A DNA stretch of 64,000 nucleotides, from positions 297,929-361,928 of the forward strand of contig CAZQKK010000001.1 of the NCBI GenBank assembly GCA_964593885.1, in the 5' to 3' direction. Positions 18,265 to 27,772 of the stretch are shown piece after piece. How positions within the stretch are numbered: position 1 is the stretch's first letter; each line of letters opens with the position of its first letter. This DNA comes from an uncultured Candidatus Saccharibacteria bacterium (GTDB lineage: Bacteria; Patescibacteriota; UBA1384; CAILIB01). Both the position numbers and the translations under genes were made by a program. The notes beneath the pieces were generated by a model. The model saw nothing but the letters and a program-made list of their open reading frames with translations. It searched no databases and was not told the DNA's origin.

Positions 18265-20313
18265 CTACCTTTCACCTGAAAACTCAGATGCAATAGCGCT
18301 GGTTTTGGCATCACTAGGCTCTGCAAAGAGCTTTTGACCTGGGGCCAAAGGTTCATTAAAGATTCCGCGAAGAATTTCTTCGGCTACAGGCACTGATGAC
18401 CAGTAGCTCTCTCCTCCACCCTCAACGAGAATGGCGTAGACGTACTCAGGGTTTTCGTAGGGGGCAAATCCAGTAAACCAGGCATGGGTGAGGCCCTGGT
18501 TTCCAAACTGGGCGGTTCCCGTTTTGCCAGCAGAAGTTACCTTGAGGTTCCTGAGGGGTTGAGCAGAACCAGAGAGTACCGCCTGTCGCATGCCCTCTCT
18601 TACTGTTCTCAGGTTATCGGCACTAATAATTCCCTTACGGGCAGCTTTTGGCTCCAGGGGTGTCTCGGAGAGATCCTCAGGGTTAATGAAAGATTTTACA
18701 ATTCTTGGTTCCCAAACGGTGCCACCATTTGCCACTGCTGCGGTACCAACAGCCATCTGGAGTGGGGTGGTAAGGAGGTACCCCTGACCAATAGAGCTCT
18801 GGTAGGTGTTACCGATGTACCACCTTTCATTAAACTGCTTCTGCTTCCAAGCATCATCAGGAAGGAGGCCAGGCATTTCTCCAGGAAGATCGATGCCTGT
18901 AGGTTTTCCAAGTCCAAAACTGGCAAGGTAGGCATTGAGCCTGTCTACCCCAAGTCCGGGGAGGTTCTTTTCTTCCCAACCACCACCAACAATGTAGAAG
19001 AAGACGTTGTTTGATTCAGCAATTGCTTTACGAGTATTTGTGAGTCCGTGGTACTTCCAGTCTGGGAACCTAAACTGCCCAATGGTAATGGCGGCGGGGG
19101 TGGTAAGGGTGGTGTCAGCAGTAATCACCCCAGCTTCTAGTCCTGCCGATGCCACGAGAGGCTTGAGGGTTGATCCTGGACTAAACTGACCCTGGATAGC
19201 GCGGTTGAGGAGGGGGTTGGCTGGGTCTGAGGTAAGCGCAGCGTAGCTATCCTTTGAAATTCCCTGTGAGAAGAGGTTGGTACTGTAGTCTGGGATGGAA
19301 ACCATTGCGCGAATAGCGCCGTCCCTAGGATCCATTACCACAACCGAGGCTCCAAGCTTTGGCAGTGGTCCGTACTTCTGGGTTCGCCTCACTAGCTCAT
19401 TCTTGAGTGCTGTAGCAACAATATCCTGTATTCGACTATCAATGTTGAGCTTGAGGGTCTTTCCTACCTCAGTCTTGCTGTTCTCAGAGCTAGAGATGAA
19501 CCTGACGATTTTACCTGAAGCATTTACCTCGGCGTGAATTTTTCCTGGGTTGCCGGTGAGCTCGTTGTTGTAGGTTTTTTCAATTCCAGTTTTACCAACC
19601 CTTTGGTTGAAGGCGAGTCCGTTCTGAACATCTTTTTCTGATACCGCACCAACGTACCCCATGAGGTGGGCGAGCGAGGGAAGTTCGGCGTAGCGGCGTA
19701 TGGGAAGTTCGGTGAATACTACACCTGGAGTATCGGTGAACCACTCTTGGTAGAGGAGGTTTTCTTCTTTAGTAAGACTTGTCTTTAGGGCGTAGAGTTC
19801 TGGGCTCTTGAGGTAGTTTGCCTCCAAGAAGGCAACATCCTCATCTTCAATGGCGTTATGGGCTTTGAGCTTCTCATATACTGCCTTACGCTCCTCTTCT
19901 TTACGGGGGAGGGTTTGAGGGTTGATGGCAATGCCAACACGTCTGTCGTTCTGGGCGAGAACCTTCCCGTTAAGGTCAACAATGAGACCTCTATCAGGTT
20001 GTTCGGTGAGAATTCTGACGCTATTTCCCTCAGCAGCAGCCCTGTTCTGCGAAGCACTGGTAATTTGGAGTTTGAAACACTGTAATCCAATAACCCCAAC
20101 AATAATGATGAGGAATGCATGGAAAGGGACGAAGTTACGCTTTGCGGGTACCTCATCTTCTATGCCAATGCCCTCAAGTTCGTCAGGGAATTCACTGAAG
20201 CCAGGATTGGTTGTCTCGAGGCTGTTTGAGACGTGGCGATTGTCGTTTGGGTTACCGAAGAGGTCACGGTCGCTCATGGTGGGTGGTGTATGTTGCGGTG
20301 TGCCAAATGGCAA
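18265..20313 (-). CDS. mrdA: Penicillin-binding protein 2 (class B transpeptidase, elongasome)
   Basis: SxxK SPGSTLKP, SxN ESNNVFF, KTG AGKTGTAQF; single N-terminal TM; follows mreBCD. Confidence 0.8.
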   Translation of the reverse strand: MPFGTPQHTPPTMSDRDLFGNPNDNRHVSNSLETTNPGFSEFPDELEGIGIEDEVPAKRNFVPFHAFLIIIVGVIGLQCFKLQITSASQNRAAAEGNSVRILTEQPDRGLIVDLNGKVLAQNDRRVGIAINPQTLPRKEEERKAVYEKLKAHNAIEDEDVAFLEANYLKSPELYALKTSLTKEENLLYQEWFTDTPGVVFTELPIRRYAELPSLAHLMGYVGAVSEKDVQNGLAFNQRVGKTGIEKTYNNELTGNPGKIHAEVNASGKIVRFISSSENSKTEVGKTLKLNIDSRIQDIVATALKNELVRRTQKYGPLPKLGASVVVMDPRDGAIRAMVSIPDYSTNLFSQGISKDSYAALTSDPANPLLNRAIQGQFSPGSTLKPLVASAGLEAGVITADTTLTTPAAITIGQFRFPDWKYHGLTNTRKAIAESNNVFFYIVGGGWEEKNLPGLGVDRLNAYLASFGLGKPTGIDLPGEMPGLLPDDAWKQKQFNERWYIGNTYQSSIGQGYLLTTPLQMAVGTAAVANGGTVWEPRIVKSFINPEDLSETPLEPKAARKGIISADNLRTVREGMRQAVLSGSAQPLRNLKVTSAGKTGTAQFGNQGLTHAWFTGFAPYENPEYVYAILVEGGGESYWSSVPVAEEILRGIFNEPLAPGQKLFAEPSDAKTSAIASEFSGER

Positions 20314-20719
20314 AAATCACACAGAAGATTGGGTAGGTAATGAGGAGGTAAACCTGACGTTTCCAGAAGCCGCTCGTACCAAAGAATAGGATATTGTACG
20401 TGGTAATAAGGACGAGCAGGGATAGCATAAACCTGTTAAGTGGAGCTGTAAAGCTCATCTTCTGCCTAAAAAGCGCGTAGGTAGTCAGTACCGCTGCTGC
20501 CAAAAGGGTTGCAGTGCCAGGGTGCTGACTTCCAAATACCTCTAGGGAAATGGTGAACCCAATAATAACTGGAAAAATAGGCACCTGCCGCTTTGAGAAG
20601 GTGGTGAGAAAGAGGAAGGCCCCCATGATGAGGGGGATGAGGTAGAAACTGAATTCACCAACAGCAGCGAGGAGGAGCAAACCAAGTATCGCCGATAGAA
20701 AGGCTATCAGTACTACCAT
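20264..20719 (-). CDS. mreD: Rod shape-determining protein MreD (polytopic membrane protein)
   Basis: Highly hydrophobic 151 aa between mreC and pbp2. Confidence 0.5.
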   Translation of the reverse strand: MVVLIAFLSAILGLLLLAAVGEFSFYLIPLIMGAFLFLTTFSKRQVPIFPVIIGFTISLEVFGSQHPGTATLLAAAVLTTYALFRQKMSFTAPLNRFMLSLLVLITTYNILFFGTSGFWKRQVYLLITYPIFCVIFAIWHTATYTTHHERP

Positions 20720-21519
20720 TAGGGCTGAACGGGAATGAGAAGGACGAGAACGTCCTCAATGCTGCCAGGATCTACGCCGAGGTTGAGCCTAAAACTCTGT
20801 TTAAGGTCGCTTGGGACAGAGAGAGAAGAAGAGATGCTCCCAATGGAGATCCCCCTCGGTAGGGAACCGGTAACACCCCCTGATAGGCCGCTGGTTTCAA
20901 CAAGCGAGTTTGGTTCAATCGCTACGCCCTGGTCAATTTCTCGCAGTGAAGCGGTATTTCCATCGCCAACAAGTATGCCAAGTTGCTGGTTTCCGGGTAG
21001 CCAAGCCTGAATGATAGATTTTGGCGAAACAACAGACCTCACAATGGAGCTGTCTTTCCTGACGGTAGTAACCCTCCCAACCAGGTAGCCCTGGTGTACC
21101 ACTGGTTGGCCTACAGCTATGCCCTGATTGCTACCAGCATCGATGGTAAAGCTCCTGTCGAGGGGGTCAGAACCCTGGAGCACAATCCTGGCAAACACCT
21201 TTTCAGTTTCCTTCACAACTCCGGTAACCCCGAGCTCCTTCCTGAGTGAAGCATTTTCCTGCTCGATATTTTCAAGTCTCGCTACTTCCTGTTGGAGTTT
21301 CAGTACCTCAGTCTGGAGAGCACTTCGGTCTGATCTGAGGGAACCAACCTGCGAGATGTTTTCAAAAAAACCACCAACTCCAAGGCGCTGCCGGTTAACG
21401 AAGCTTGTTACAGGAGATGTTGCCGAGATGACGCTGTTACGGACATCCTCAACAAGGGTAATTGGAAGGATTATGAGGAGTAAACCGATGACGGTGAGAG
21501 GAAGAATGCGCTTGAGCAT
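20719..21519 (-). CDS. mreC: Rod shape-determining protein MreC (start taken at MLKRILPLTV; track start 21606 overlaps mreB)
   Basis: N-terminal TM, coiled coil (LQTEVLKLQQEVARLENIEQENASLRKEL), beta-rich C-terminal domain. Confidence 0.7.
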   Translation of the reverse strand: MLKRILPLTVIGLLLIILPITLVEDVRNSVISATSPVTSFVNRQRLGVGGFFENISQVGSLRSDRSALQTEVLKLQQEVARLENIEQENASLRKELGVTGVVKETEKVFARIVLQGSDPLDRSFTIDAGSNQGIAVGQPVVHQGYLVGRVTTVRKDSSIVRSVVSPKSIIQAWLPGNQQLGILVGDGNTASLREIDQGVAIEPNSLVETSGLSGGVTGSLPRGISIGSISSSLSVPSDLKQSFRLNLGVDPGSIEDVLVLLIPVQP

Positions 21520-21524
21520 GTTCC

Positions 21525-22577
21525 TTAACGGTAAATGGTAGGGAGGAGGACTTCTTGGAGGTGGTCGAGGTTCTCGAGTACCTGTCCAGTACCACGCGCA
21601 ACGCAACTGAGGGGATCCTCAGCAATGTGAACGGGCATCCTGGTGGCATCGCGCAGTAAGAGGTCAAGACCGCGCAAGAGTGCGCCTCCACCTGCAAGCA
21701 CAATGCCTCTGTCCATAATGTCAGCGATGAGCTCTGGGGGTGTTTCCTCTACGGTGAGCTTTACGGCATCGACAATTTGGTTGACTGACTTGCTGAGGGC
21801 TTTCCTAATCTCTTCTTCAGTGACGATGATTTCTTTAGGAAGTCCTGAGACCAAATCTCTCCCACGCATTGGGCAGGTGAGCTTGTTTGCGGTAGGGTAG
21901 GCGCTACCTAGTGTAATCTTGATTTGCTCGGCAGTTCTTTCACCCAGGAGGAGGTTGTGGGTTTCCCTGGCGTAGGTAATGATGTCCTCGTTAAGTTCGT
22001 CCCCAGCAATTCTGAGGGAGCGAGAGGTAACAATGCCTCCAAGCGAGATAACGGCTACTTCGGTGGTACCGCCACCAATGTCTACCACCATGCAACCTGA
22101 AGCTTCCTGAACAGGTAGGTTTGCACCAATTGCCGCCGCCATTGGTTCCTCAATGAGAAATACCTGGCGTGCACCGGCTGAGATAACCGCCTCTTCTACG
22201 GCGCGTCTCTCCACCTCGGTAACTCCGTAGGGGATACCAACTACCACCCGGGGTCTTGGCACCAGCGAGAAGCGGCTTTTGTGCACCTTCTCAATGAAGT
22301 ACTTGAGCATTGCCTCGGTAACCTCAAAGTCTGAGACCACTCCGTCAACGAGGGGTCTGATGGCAACAATGTGGCCAGGGGTTCTCCCAACCATCTTTTT
22401 TGCCTCATCACCAATAGCGAGAACCTGGCGGGTCTTCTTGTTAATAGCCACAACTGAAGGCTCATTAATCACCACACCTCGACCCTTAACGTATACGAGG
22501 GAATACGCAGTTCCCAGGTCTATGCCAATGTCTTGTGAAATTCGGCTGCTGAATCTATCGAGAAATCTGAGGCGCAT
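21525..22577 (-). CDS. mreB: Rod shape-determining actin homologue MreB
   Basis: DLGTAYSLVYVKGRGVVINEPSVVAI, GGGTTEVAVIS; ~350 aa. Confidence 0.9.
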   Translation of the reverse strand: MRLRFLDRFSSRISQDIGIDLGTAYSLVYVKGRGVVINEPSVVAINKKTRQVLAIGDEAKKMVGRTPGHIVAIRPLVDGVVSDFEVTEAMLKYFIEKVHKSRFSLVPRPRVVVGIPYGVTEVERRAVEEAVISAGARQVFLIEEPMAAAIGANLPVQEASGCMVVDIGGGTTEVAVISLGGIVTSRSLRIAGDELNEDIITYARETHNLLLGERTAEQIKITLGSAYPTANKLTCPMRGRDLVSGLPKEIIVTEEEIRKALSKSVNQIVDAVKLTVEETPPELIADIMDRGIVLAGGGALLRGLDLLLRDATRMPVHIAEDPLSCVARGTGQVLENLDHLQEVLLPTIYR

Positions 22578-22637
22578 AGGGAAACACTACCAGATTAGAG
22601 GTGAGTGCTCAAGGAGCTCTCGGGTACCTACTGTGAG

Positions 22638-23441
22638 CTAGCGAAGTTTTGCCTCGTGTTCAGCGAGGGTTTTGGAGAGGAGAAGCTTTCCGTCTCTATG
22701 GGCAAAGTAGAGGTAGTCGTGTTTGGCTGGATTCTGTGCCGCGGCAATACTCTTGAGACCAGGGTTGGCTATGGGGCCTGGGGGTAGACCTGCATTCAGG
22801 TAGGTGTTGTAGGGCGAATTAACCCCCTTGTAGTCAGCTCTGGTGATAATTCCCCAGTAGCTGAAGTTCCGTACCTGTTTTGCCTCCTGGGTGTCTTTTG
22901 CGTACTGCACGGTGGGGTCGGCTTCTAGCTTCATACCACGGTTGATCCGGTTGGTGTAGACCCCTGAAATGGTTTCCCTTTCAGTGTCGTCAGTTGCCTC
23001 CCTCTCAATAATTGAGGCGAGGATAATCTGGTCATCAGTAGGGGCAAGTTCACGGGTTCGCTTAGCAAAGGTGGTGGTAAGAGCCTTTACTACCTCTGTT
23101 GCGGGGGTGTTGGGGAAGAACCTGTAGGTATCAGGAAACAGCTTTCCTTCCTTCCCACTACTTGCTGCGAGGAAGGCATCAGCTGAGCAAATACCGGCAC
23201 TCTCCATGCTATTAGCAATTTCTTCGCGCCGCTTACCCTCAACAATGGTTACTGAGACATCCTCACGTTTCTGGTTTTTCACCAGCTCGTTACGAGCATT
23301 GAGTTGGTCTCGGAGGTATACAGCGCCCATGCCAATACCCGCCAAGAGGGCAGCGATAACCACCAGAGATGCTATGGTTTTTCTACTCATGGTGGATGCT
23401 CTCAAGGTAAGAGGTGAGGATGGTGCACGCAGCAGCGGCAT
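22638..23441 (-). CDS. mltG: Endolytic murein transglycosylase MltG (YceG family)
   Basis: N-terminal TM, conserved YAHRDGKLLLSKTLAEH and GLPPGPIANPG motifs. Confidence 0.8.
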   Translation of the reverse strand: MPLLRAPSSPLTLRASTMSRKTIASLVVIAALLAGIGMGAVYLRDQLNARNELVKNQKREDVSVTIVEGKRREEIANSMESAGICSADAFLAASSGKEGKLFPDTYRFFPNTPATEVVKALTTTFAKRTRELAPTDDQIILASIIEREATDDTERETISGVYTNRINRGMKLEADPTVQYAKDTQEAKQVRNFSYWGIITRADYKGVNSPYNTYLNAGLPPGPIANPGLKSIAAAQNPAKHDYLYFAHRDGKLLLSKTLAEHEAKLR

Positions 23442-23826
23442 CTCGGTCTAGGTGGGGGTAGAGAACCTTACCATCCTGTGTGGAAGCAAACTCGTTTACC
23501 CTCACAATAGAGAGATGGGGAAAAGCTGTGGCTAGTGCCTGTTCCAACTGTGTGGTAACGCGGGAAGACCTTTCGCTCTGACTTGTTTCGCCCCCATCAG
23601 CGGAAAGTGGCACTCCAATTACGAGAGTTGCGACACCGTGAGAGCTGATGAGTTGAGAAACGCTGGCCAGGAGGCCATGGATGTGGGGGAGTTCCCACGC
23701 AATAGTTTGGAGGGGCTGTACGTCCAGTCCATTTGGTGAGAGTGCTGCCCCAGTTCGCTTCAACCCGATATCAAGCCCCAGAAGGGGGCTACTCATAGCT
23801 TGTCTTGATGCTGATACTGCCAGCAA
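23383..23826 (-). CDS. ruvX: Putative pre-16S rRNA nuclease / Holliday junction resolvase-like YqgF (RuvX)
   Basis: LLGLDIGLKRTGAALS N-terminus (RNase H-like); classic yqgF-mltG adjacency. Confidence 0.8.
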   Translation of the reverse strand: MLAVSASRQAMSSPLLGLDIGLKRTGAALSPNGLDVQPLQTIAWELPHIHGLLASVSQLISSHGVATLVIGVPLSADGGETSQSERSSRVTTQLEQALATAFPHLSIVRVNEFASTQDGKVLYPHLDRDAAAACTILTSYLESIHHE

Positions 23827-25648
23827 AGCGAGGGAACTGTTTCAGCGGCCACCAGCTAGGTGATTGGGTGATGGTAACGCTGCTGGCGGGCGTAGCCTCA
23901 GTTACCAGTGCTTGCCCTGAGGTTAGGCTCTTTCCTACGAGCTCGGCCGGGAGGTTCTCAGTGCTGAATACGGGGGTAATTTTACCGCTAGCCTTTGCAG
24001 CAAGGGTAATGGTTTGGGTTTCAAACGAAACCGCAGTTACCGTATTGCTGCTGCTTTCAACGAGACGTTTCTCAGTGGTTGTCTCCTTGCTCTTGAAGTA
24101 ACTCTCTACAGCTTGGGTGAAGGAGGCTTTATCGATGATGATGCGCTCCAGAGAACCCTTACTGGTAGCCAGGAAAGATTCTCCTTCGGCGTTAGCCTCA
24201 AGTGAGGTGGTGAATGTTACAGCTCCTAGGAGGTCTGAGCCATCCTGGAAAATGGTCTCACGGTTTGCGGTTGCTTCGTTGAGCTTGGTAACAAGACTGT
24301 CACGGAGCTGTTTGGCGAGGGTGTTCTTGGCATTGGTAATGTCAGATGCAGAGACTACCTTGAGTTCCTGGCTAGTACCACCAGTGGTGCTGTCAATCTG
24401 GGCGTAGAGTATGGTAGATGGGCTGGTAATATTTGCGATAAGATTACTGACATTACTTTCGCTCCCTACATTCTCAGCGGTAATACTCACACTTGCAGAG
24501 CCAGGGGTTTGTTTCCCAGGTTTTATGATTACGCCAGGGACAGTGACCGCCACATTGGTAGTAAATGACCTCCCATTTGCTTCCAGTCGTGCTCCAGCTG
24601 GAAGACTGACAGGATCACTATCCTGACTGTTAAAGATGGTGGCTGTGCCTTTTGCTGTAACTCCAATTTTCTTTGTTCCAGTGCTCTGAAAACTGGCGCT
24701 TACCTCTCCGTCCTGTTTTATCCTTTCGGCAGGAACTATGGTGCCGTCACTTGAGACGCTGGTGCTGGTAACGTTACCAGCAATGGTGAAGTCTTGATCC
24801 CATGGCTTTGCTTGAACGGTGAGTACTACTGTGGTTTTTGGGAGGAAGAAGAAGCTACACAGCAGGGCGATGATGAGCACTATGCCACCAATAAGGTAGA
24901 AGGGGCGAAGTTTATTGGTACCACCAGCATCAACCTTTGAAACTACTGGTGTGACAACAGGTTTAGAAGCCTTTACTACTACCTTTTCCTCTGGTGGGGT
25001 AGGTGCTTGCGTAGCAGGAGTCTTCACTTCGCTTTCGAGATCTTCTGGTGAAACTTCTTCTATAGATGCTTCAGGTACTGTGGTGCGCTTGAGGGGTTCT
25101 GACGGAACCTGTGGTTTAGCAACTGGTTTAGGTACCGGTTGCGGGGTGATTTCTACTGCAGGAGCCGCAACTGGCGGGGCAACAGCAGGAGCCTCTTGGA
25201 GGAGGTTTTTCGGGACGATGGCGGTAGCAGAAGCTGCAGTGGTAACCGTTGCGGCGGGGAGGGCATCAGCGTCGCCATCGGCAGGTTCAGCATCGGGGCC
25301 GTCGTAGTAGCGGTGGATTCTTACCCCAGCAATAACCGAGGCGTTCTCTTCGTCGCCGGCATCTCCTTCGCCACGCGCAACCCTGGCCACGTCTTTTTCG
25401 CTACTTGCTACGTTGATACCAACCTGGGCAGCAAGGTTTCTGCCAATTTTGTCGGTGGTGACGAGGATGAGGTCTTTCTCAGCGTCGCCGGCCGCCTTCT
25501 TCGCGAGCTTGAGGTTGACGATACTCTGGGTGAGAACGGCTCCTTTTGGAACCACGAGGGCAACTATCGGTTCGTGGGAGGCTTTGAGCCTCTCGATAAC
25601 CGAGGTAATTTCGTCGCTACTGTCGATGTAGATTGTCTCAATACTCAT
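23789..25648 (-). CDS. Hypothetical bitopic membrane protein (619 aa): ~100-aa N-terminal cytoplasmic domain, Pro/Ala-rich linker, one TM (FYLIGGIVLIIALLCSFFFL), ~350-aa Ser/Thr-rich extracytoplasmic domain; translationally coupled to ftsA (ATGA overlap)
   Basis: Topology read from sequence; no FtsZ GGGTGSG motif; no family recognised. Confidence 0.55.
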   Translation of the reverse strand: MSIETIYIDSSDEITSVIERLKASHEPIVALVVPKGAVLTQSIVNLKLAKKAAGDAEKDLILVTTDKIGRNLAAQVGINVASSEKDVARVARGEGDAGDEENASVIAGVRIHRYYDGPDAEPADGDADALPAATVTTAASATAIVPKNLLQEAPAVAPPVAAPAVEITPQPVPKPVAKPQVPSEPLKRTTVPEASIEEVSPEDLESEVKTPATQAPTPPEEKVVVKASKPVVTPVVSKVDAGGTNKLRPFYLIGGIVLIIALLCSFFFLPKTTVVLTVQAKPWDQDFTIAGNVTSTSVSSDGTIVPAERIKQDGEVSASFQSTGTKKIGVTAKGTATIFNSQDSDPVSLPAGARLEANGRSFTTNVAVTVPGVIIKPGKQTPGSASVSITAENVGSESNVSNLIANITSPSTILYAQIDSTTGGTSQELKVVSASDITNAKNTLAKQLRDSLVTKLNEATANRETIFQDGSDLLGAVTFTTSLEANAEGESFLATSKGSLERIIIDKASFTQAVESYFKSKETTTEKRLVESSSNTVTAVSFETQTITLAAKASGKITPVFSTENLPAELVGKSLTSGQALVTEATPASSVTITQSPSWWPLKQFPRFAGSISIKTSYE

Positions 25649-26922
25649 GATCTGAGGCCCTTGAGGAGCTTGTTCATTGTCTTGGTTGCCACAGGTTGGT
25701 GTCCAACAAGGTCTAGGGCGATGTTAGCAAGCGCCATGGGGGTAACATCTTGGGCACCCTGGAGGCTACCAGTTTTGTCGATGATGTTACTGACCTGTTC
25801 TGGTTTAATGTACTGCACCTCTGGAGCTTTCGCAAACGGGAGGCTATTCCACCACTTCTTACTCTCGAGAGCTTCCTTGAGGTCTGGCAGGAGACTTCCT
25901 CCGCCACAGAGGTAGATACGGTTAGGGAGGAGGGGGTTATCTTGGAACCTCTCAGAGCTCGTGAACTCCTCCAGGGCAAGCTCTACTCCTGACAACCAAA
26001 CACTGGTATCGCTGGTAATGATTTTTGAGATTTTCTCACGCTCATCTTTCTTGAGGGTGTCGTTTGAGTAGGCGAGCTTCTGCTGCTCGGCTTCTCTGAA
26101 TGGTAGCTTGAGCTCGGAGGCAATTCGTTTGGTGAAAGCCCTCCCACCAAGGGCAAACATCTTGGTTCCCTCAAGTCCTCCAGATCGAACCACCGCAATA
26201 TCGGTAGTGCCTCCACCAACATCAATGAAAATAGAGGAGATGTCTCCGGATTCTTCAGTGCCAAAGCAGCGGGCTACTGCGTAGGGCTCGGTAGCTATGG
26301 TGAGGAGATCAAGGTTGAGACCGTCTGCGATACTCTCGAGAGCCCCTACGTGAACACTTGGGGCGTAGGCGGTGTAGATGTTTACCTCAACTGACCTACC
26401 CTTGAAGCCAACAGGGTTGGTGACCGCGTAGCCATCAACCTTAACGTGTACAACAGCTGAGTTTACCAGCTGTACATCTATTTCGTTGTACCCCGTTTCC
26501 CAAGCCAGCTCTTTCCTGGAACTCTGGAGGATTTGTCGCTGAGCCTCAGTAATGATGTCTCGCAGTTCTCCCTGGGTAATGGGGTGCGAAGGATTCTTGC
26601 GGGTGAGGGTGGTGCTGGTGGTGTTTCCCTTAACCAGCTCTCCGGCAATCCCGATGATGGCCTGGTCAGCCTCAATTTTTGCTTCGTTGAAAGCTCGCTC
26701 AACTGCCTTTGCTGCAGTGTCGATAACGCCACTAATGTCGGTGACAGCTCCGCCGTGGATATCTGAGAGTCGCTGTCTTTCACGGCCGTGCCCAATAACT
26801 ACCCCATGCTCCTCAATCACCTCGAAGACGAGAGCTTTGACAAACTCGGTTCCGATATCGAGAGAGAGGGCAACGGTGCGGCGGGGTTTAGTCAAGAAGC
26901 GCATAGGTGTAGTGTACCACAT
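25645..26922 (-). CDS. ftsA: Cell division protein FtsA (actin-like ATPase)
   Basis: LDIGTEFVKALVFE phosphate-1, IDVGGGTTDIAVV phosphate-2, 425 aa (PilM would be shorter). Confidence 0.75.
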   Translation of the reverse strand: MWYTTPMRFLTKPRRTVALSLDIGTEFVKALVFEVIEEHGVVIGHGRERQRLSDIHGGAVTDISGVIDTAAKAVERAFNEAKIEADQAIIGIAGELVKGNTTSTTLTRKNPSHPITQGELRDIITEAQRQILQSSRKELAWETGYNEIDVQLVNSAVVHVKVDGYAVTNPVGFKGRSVEVNIYTAYAPSVHVGALESIADGLNLDLLTIATEPYAVARCFGTEESGDISSIFIDVGGGTTDIAVVRSGGLEGTKMFALGGRAFTKRIASELKLPFREAEQQKLAYSNDTLKKDEREKISKIITSDTSVWLSGVELALEEFTSSERFQDNPLLPNRIYLCGGGSLLPDLKEALESKKWWNSLPFAKAPEVQYIKPEQVSNIIDKTGSLQGAQDVTPMALANIALDLVGHQPVATKTMNKLLKGLRS

Positions 26923-26938
26923 TTGGTATACTTACATC

Positions 26939-27751
26939 ATGATTGAGGGGACCTGGTACACACAGCCACTACTTGCAGCAATTGCGGGTGCCCTCGGGGG
27001 CGCTCTCCTTACCGGCATCCTCATGCAGGGGAGTCTCAAGCGTTTTTTTGAAAGGCGCCTCAAAGAGAGTAAAGACAAGTTCATTGCCCTCGCCTCGCAC
27101 TACCTCCTCACCCCAATTACCATCATTCAAACCGCCCTCAGTAGGCTGCAGGAGTCTGATTCGTCCCTCACCATGGAGCAGCGTCTCAAGCTCTACGATG
27201 CCATTGGGATGGGGCAGCAGCGCCTCTGGATTATCGCCGAGCAACTAGTGCTCATTAACGAGATCGATCAGAACAACCTGAAGCCAAGGATGGATGTGAC
27301 AGACTTTGCGGAGGTAGTAGGTGGGGCGGTTTCTTCCATGGACATCTTTGCCCGCAACAAGCAGGTATCGCTCATGTTTGAGAATGCCATCCACGAGCCG
27401 GTGCAGGGGAGAATGGACGCCAGGCGAATCAAGCAGGCAGTCATCGCTGTTCTTGATAACGCCATCAAGTTTAGTATGGAGGGCACCCAGGTTAGGGCTC
27501 AGATAAGCATTGAAGAGGGAGACTTCATCCTCAGGGTTAAAGATCAGGGAATTGGGATGCCAGAAGAGGTGCTCCAGCACACTGGCGAGAGGTTCTACCG
27601 AGGTTCAAGCATCTACGAGTTTGACTACGAAGGTTTGGGACTGGGACTCCATATCGCCCAGGCAATTGTGACGCTCCACGGAGGGACGGTGAGGTTTGAC
27701 TCGCAACCGCGACTCGGGACCATTGCCACCTTGAGGTTTCCTCAGACCTAG
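26939..27751 (+). CDS. Small sensor histidine kinase (one N-terminal TM, HisKA + HATPase_c); start taken at MIEGTWYT (track ORF 26552 is an upstream extension overlapping ftsA)
   Basis: H-box ALASHYLLTPITIIQ, N-box VLDNAIKFS, G-boxes DQGIGMPEE / GLGLGLHIAQ. Confidence 0.75.
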   Translation: MIEGTWYTQPLLAAIAGALGGALLTGILMQGSLKRFFERRLKESKDKFIALASHYLLTPITIIQTALSRLQESDSSLTMEQRLKLYDAIGMGQQRLWIIAEQLVLINEIDQNNLKPRMDVTDFAEVVGGAVSSMDIFARNKQVSLMFENAIHEPVQGRMDARRIKQAVIAVLDNAIKFSMEGTQVRAQISIEEGDFILRVKDQGIGMPEEVLQHTGERFYRGSSIYEFDYEGLGLGLHIAQAIVTLHGGTVRFDSQPRLGTIATLRFPQT

Positions 27752-27772
27752 CTTTTTGCTAGCATTCCACCT

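Noticed and set aside
20264-20313. 50-nt overlap between mreD start and pbp2 end
   Set aside because: MreD is more likely to start at a downstream Met. This is an annotation-boundary ambiguity, not a feature.
24915-25915. Several 100-250-aa plus-strand ORFs antisense to the 619-aa gene and ftsA
   Set aside because: They are GC-rich, low-complexity frames opposite real genes.
26552-26938. Upstream extension of the histidine-kinase ORF (track start 26552)
   Set aside because: The extension overlaps ftsA on the opposite strand for 370 nt. The kinase-like sequence begins only at the Met at 26939, which lies just past ftsA.
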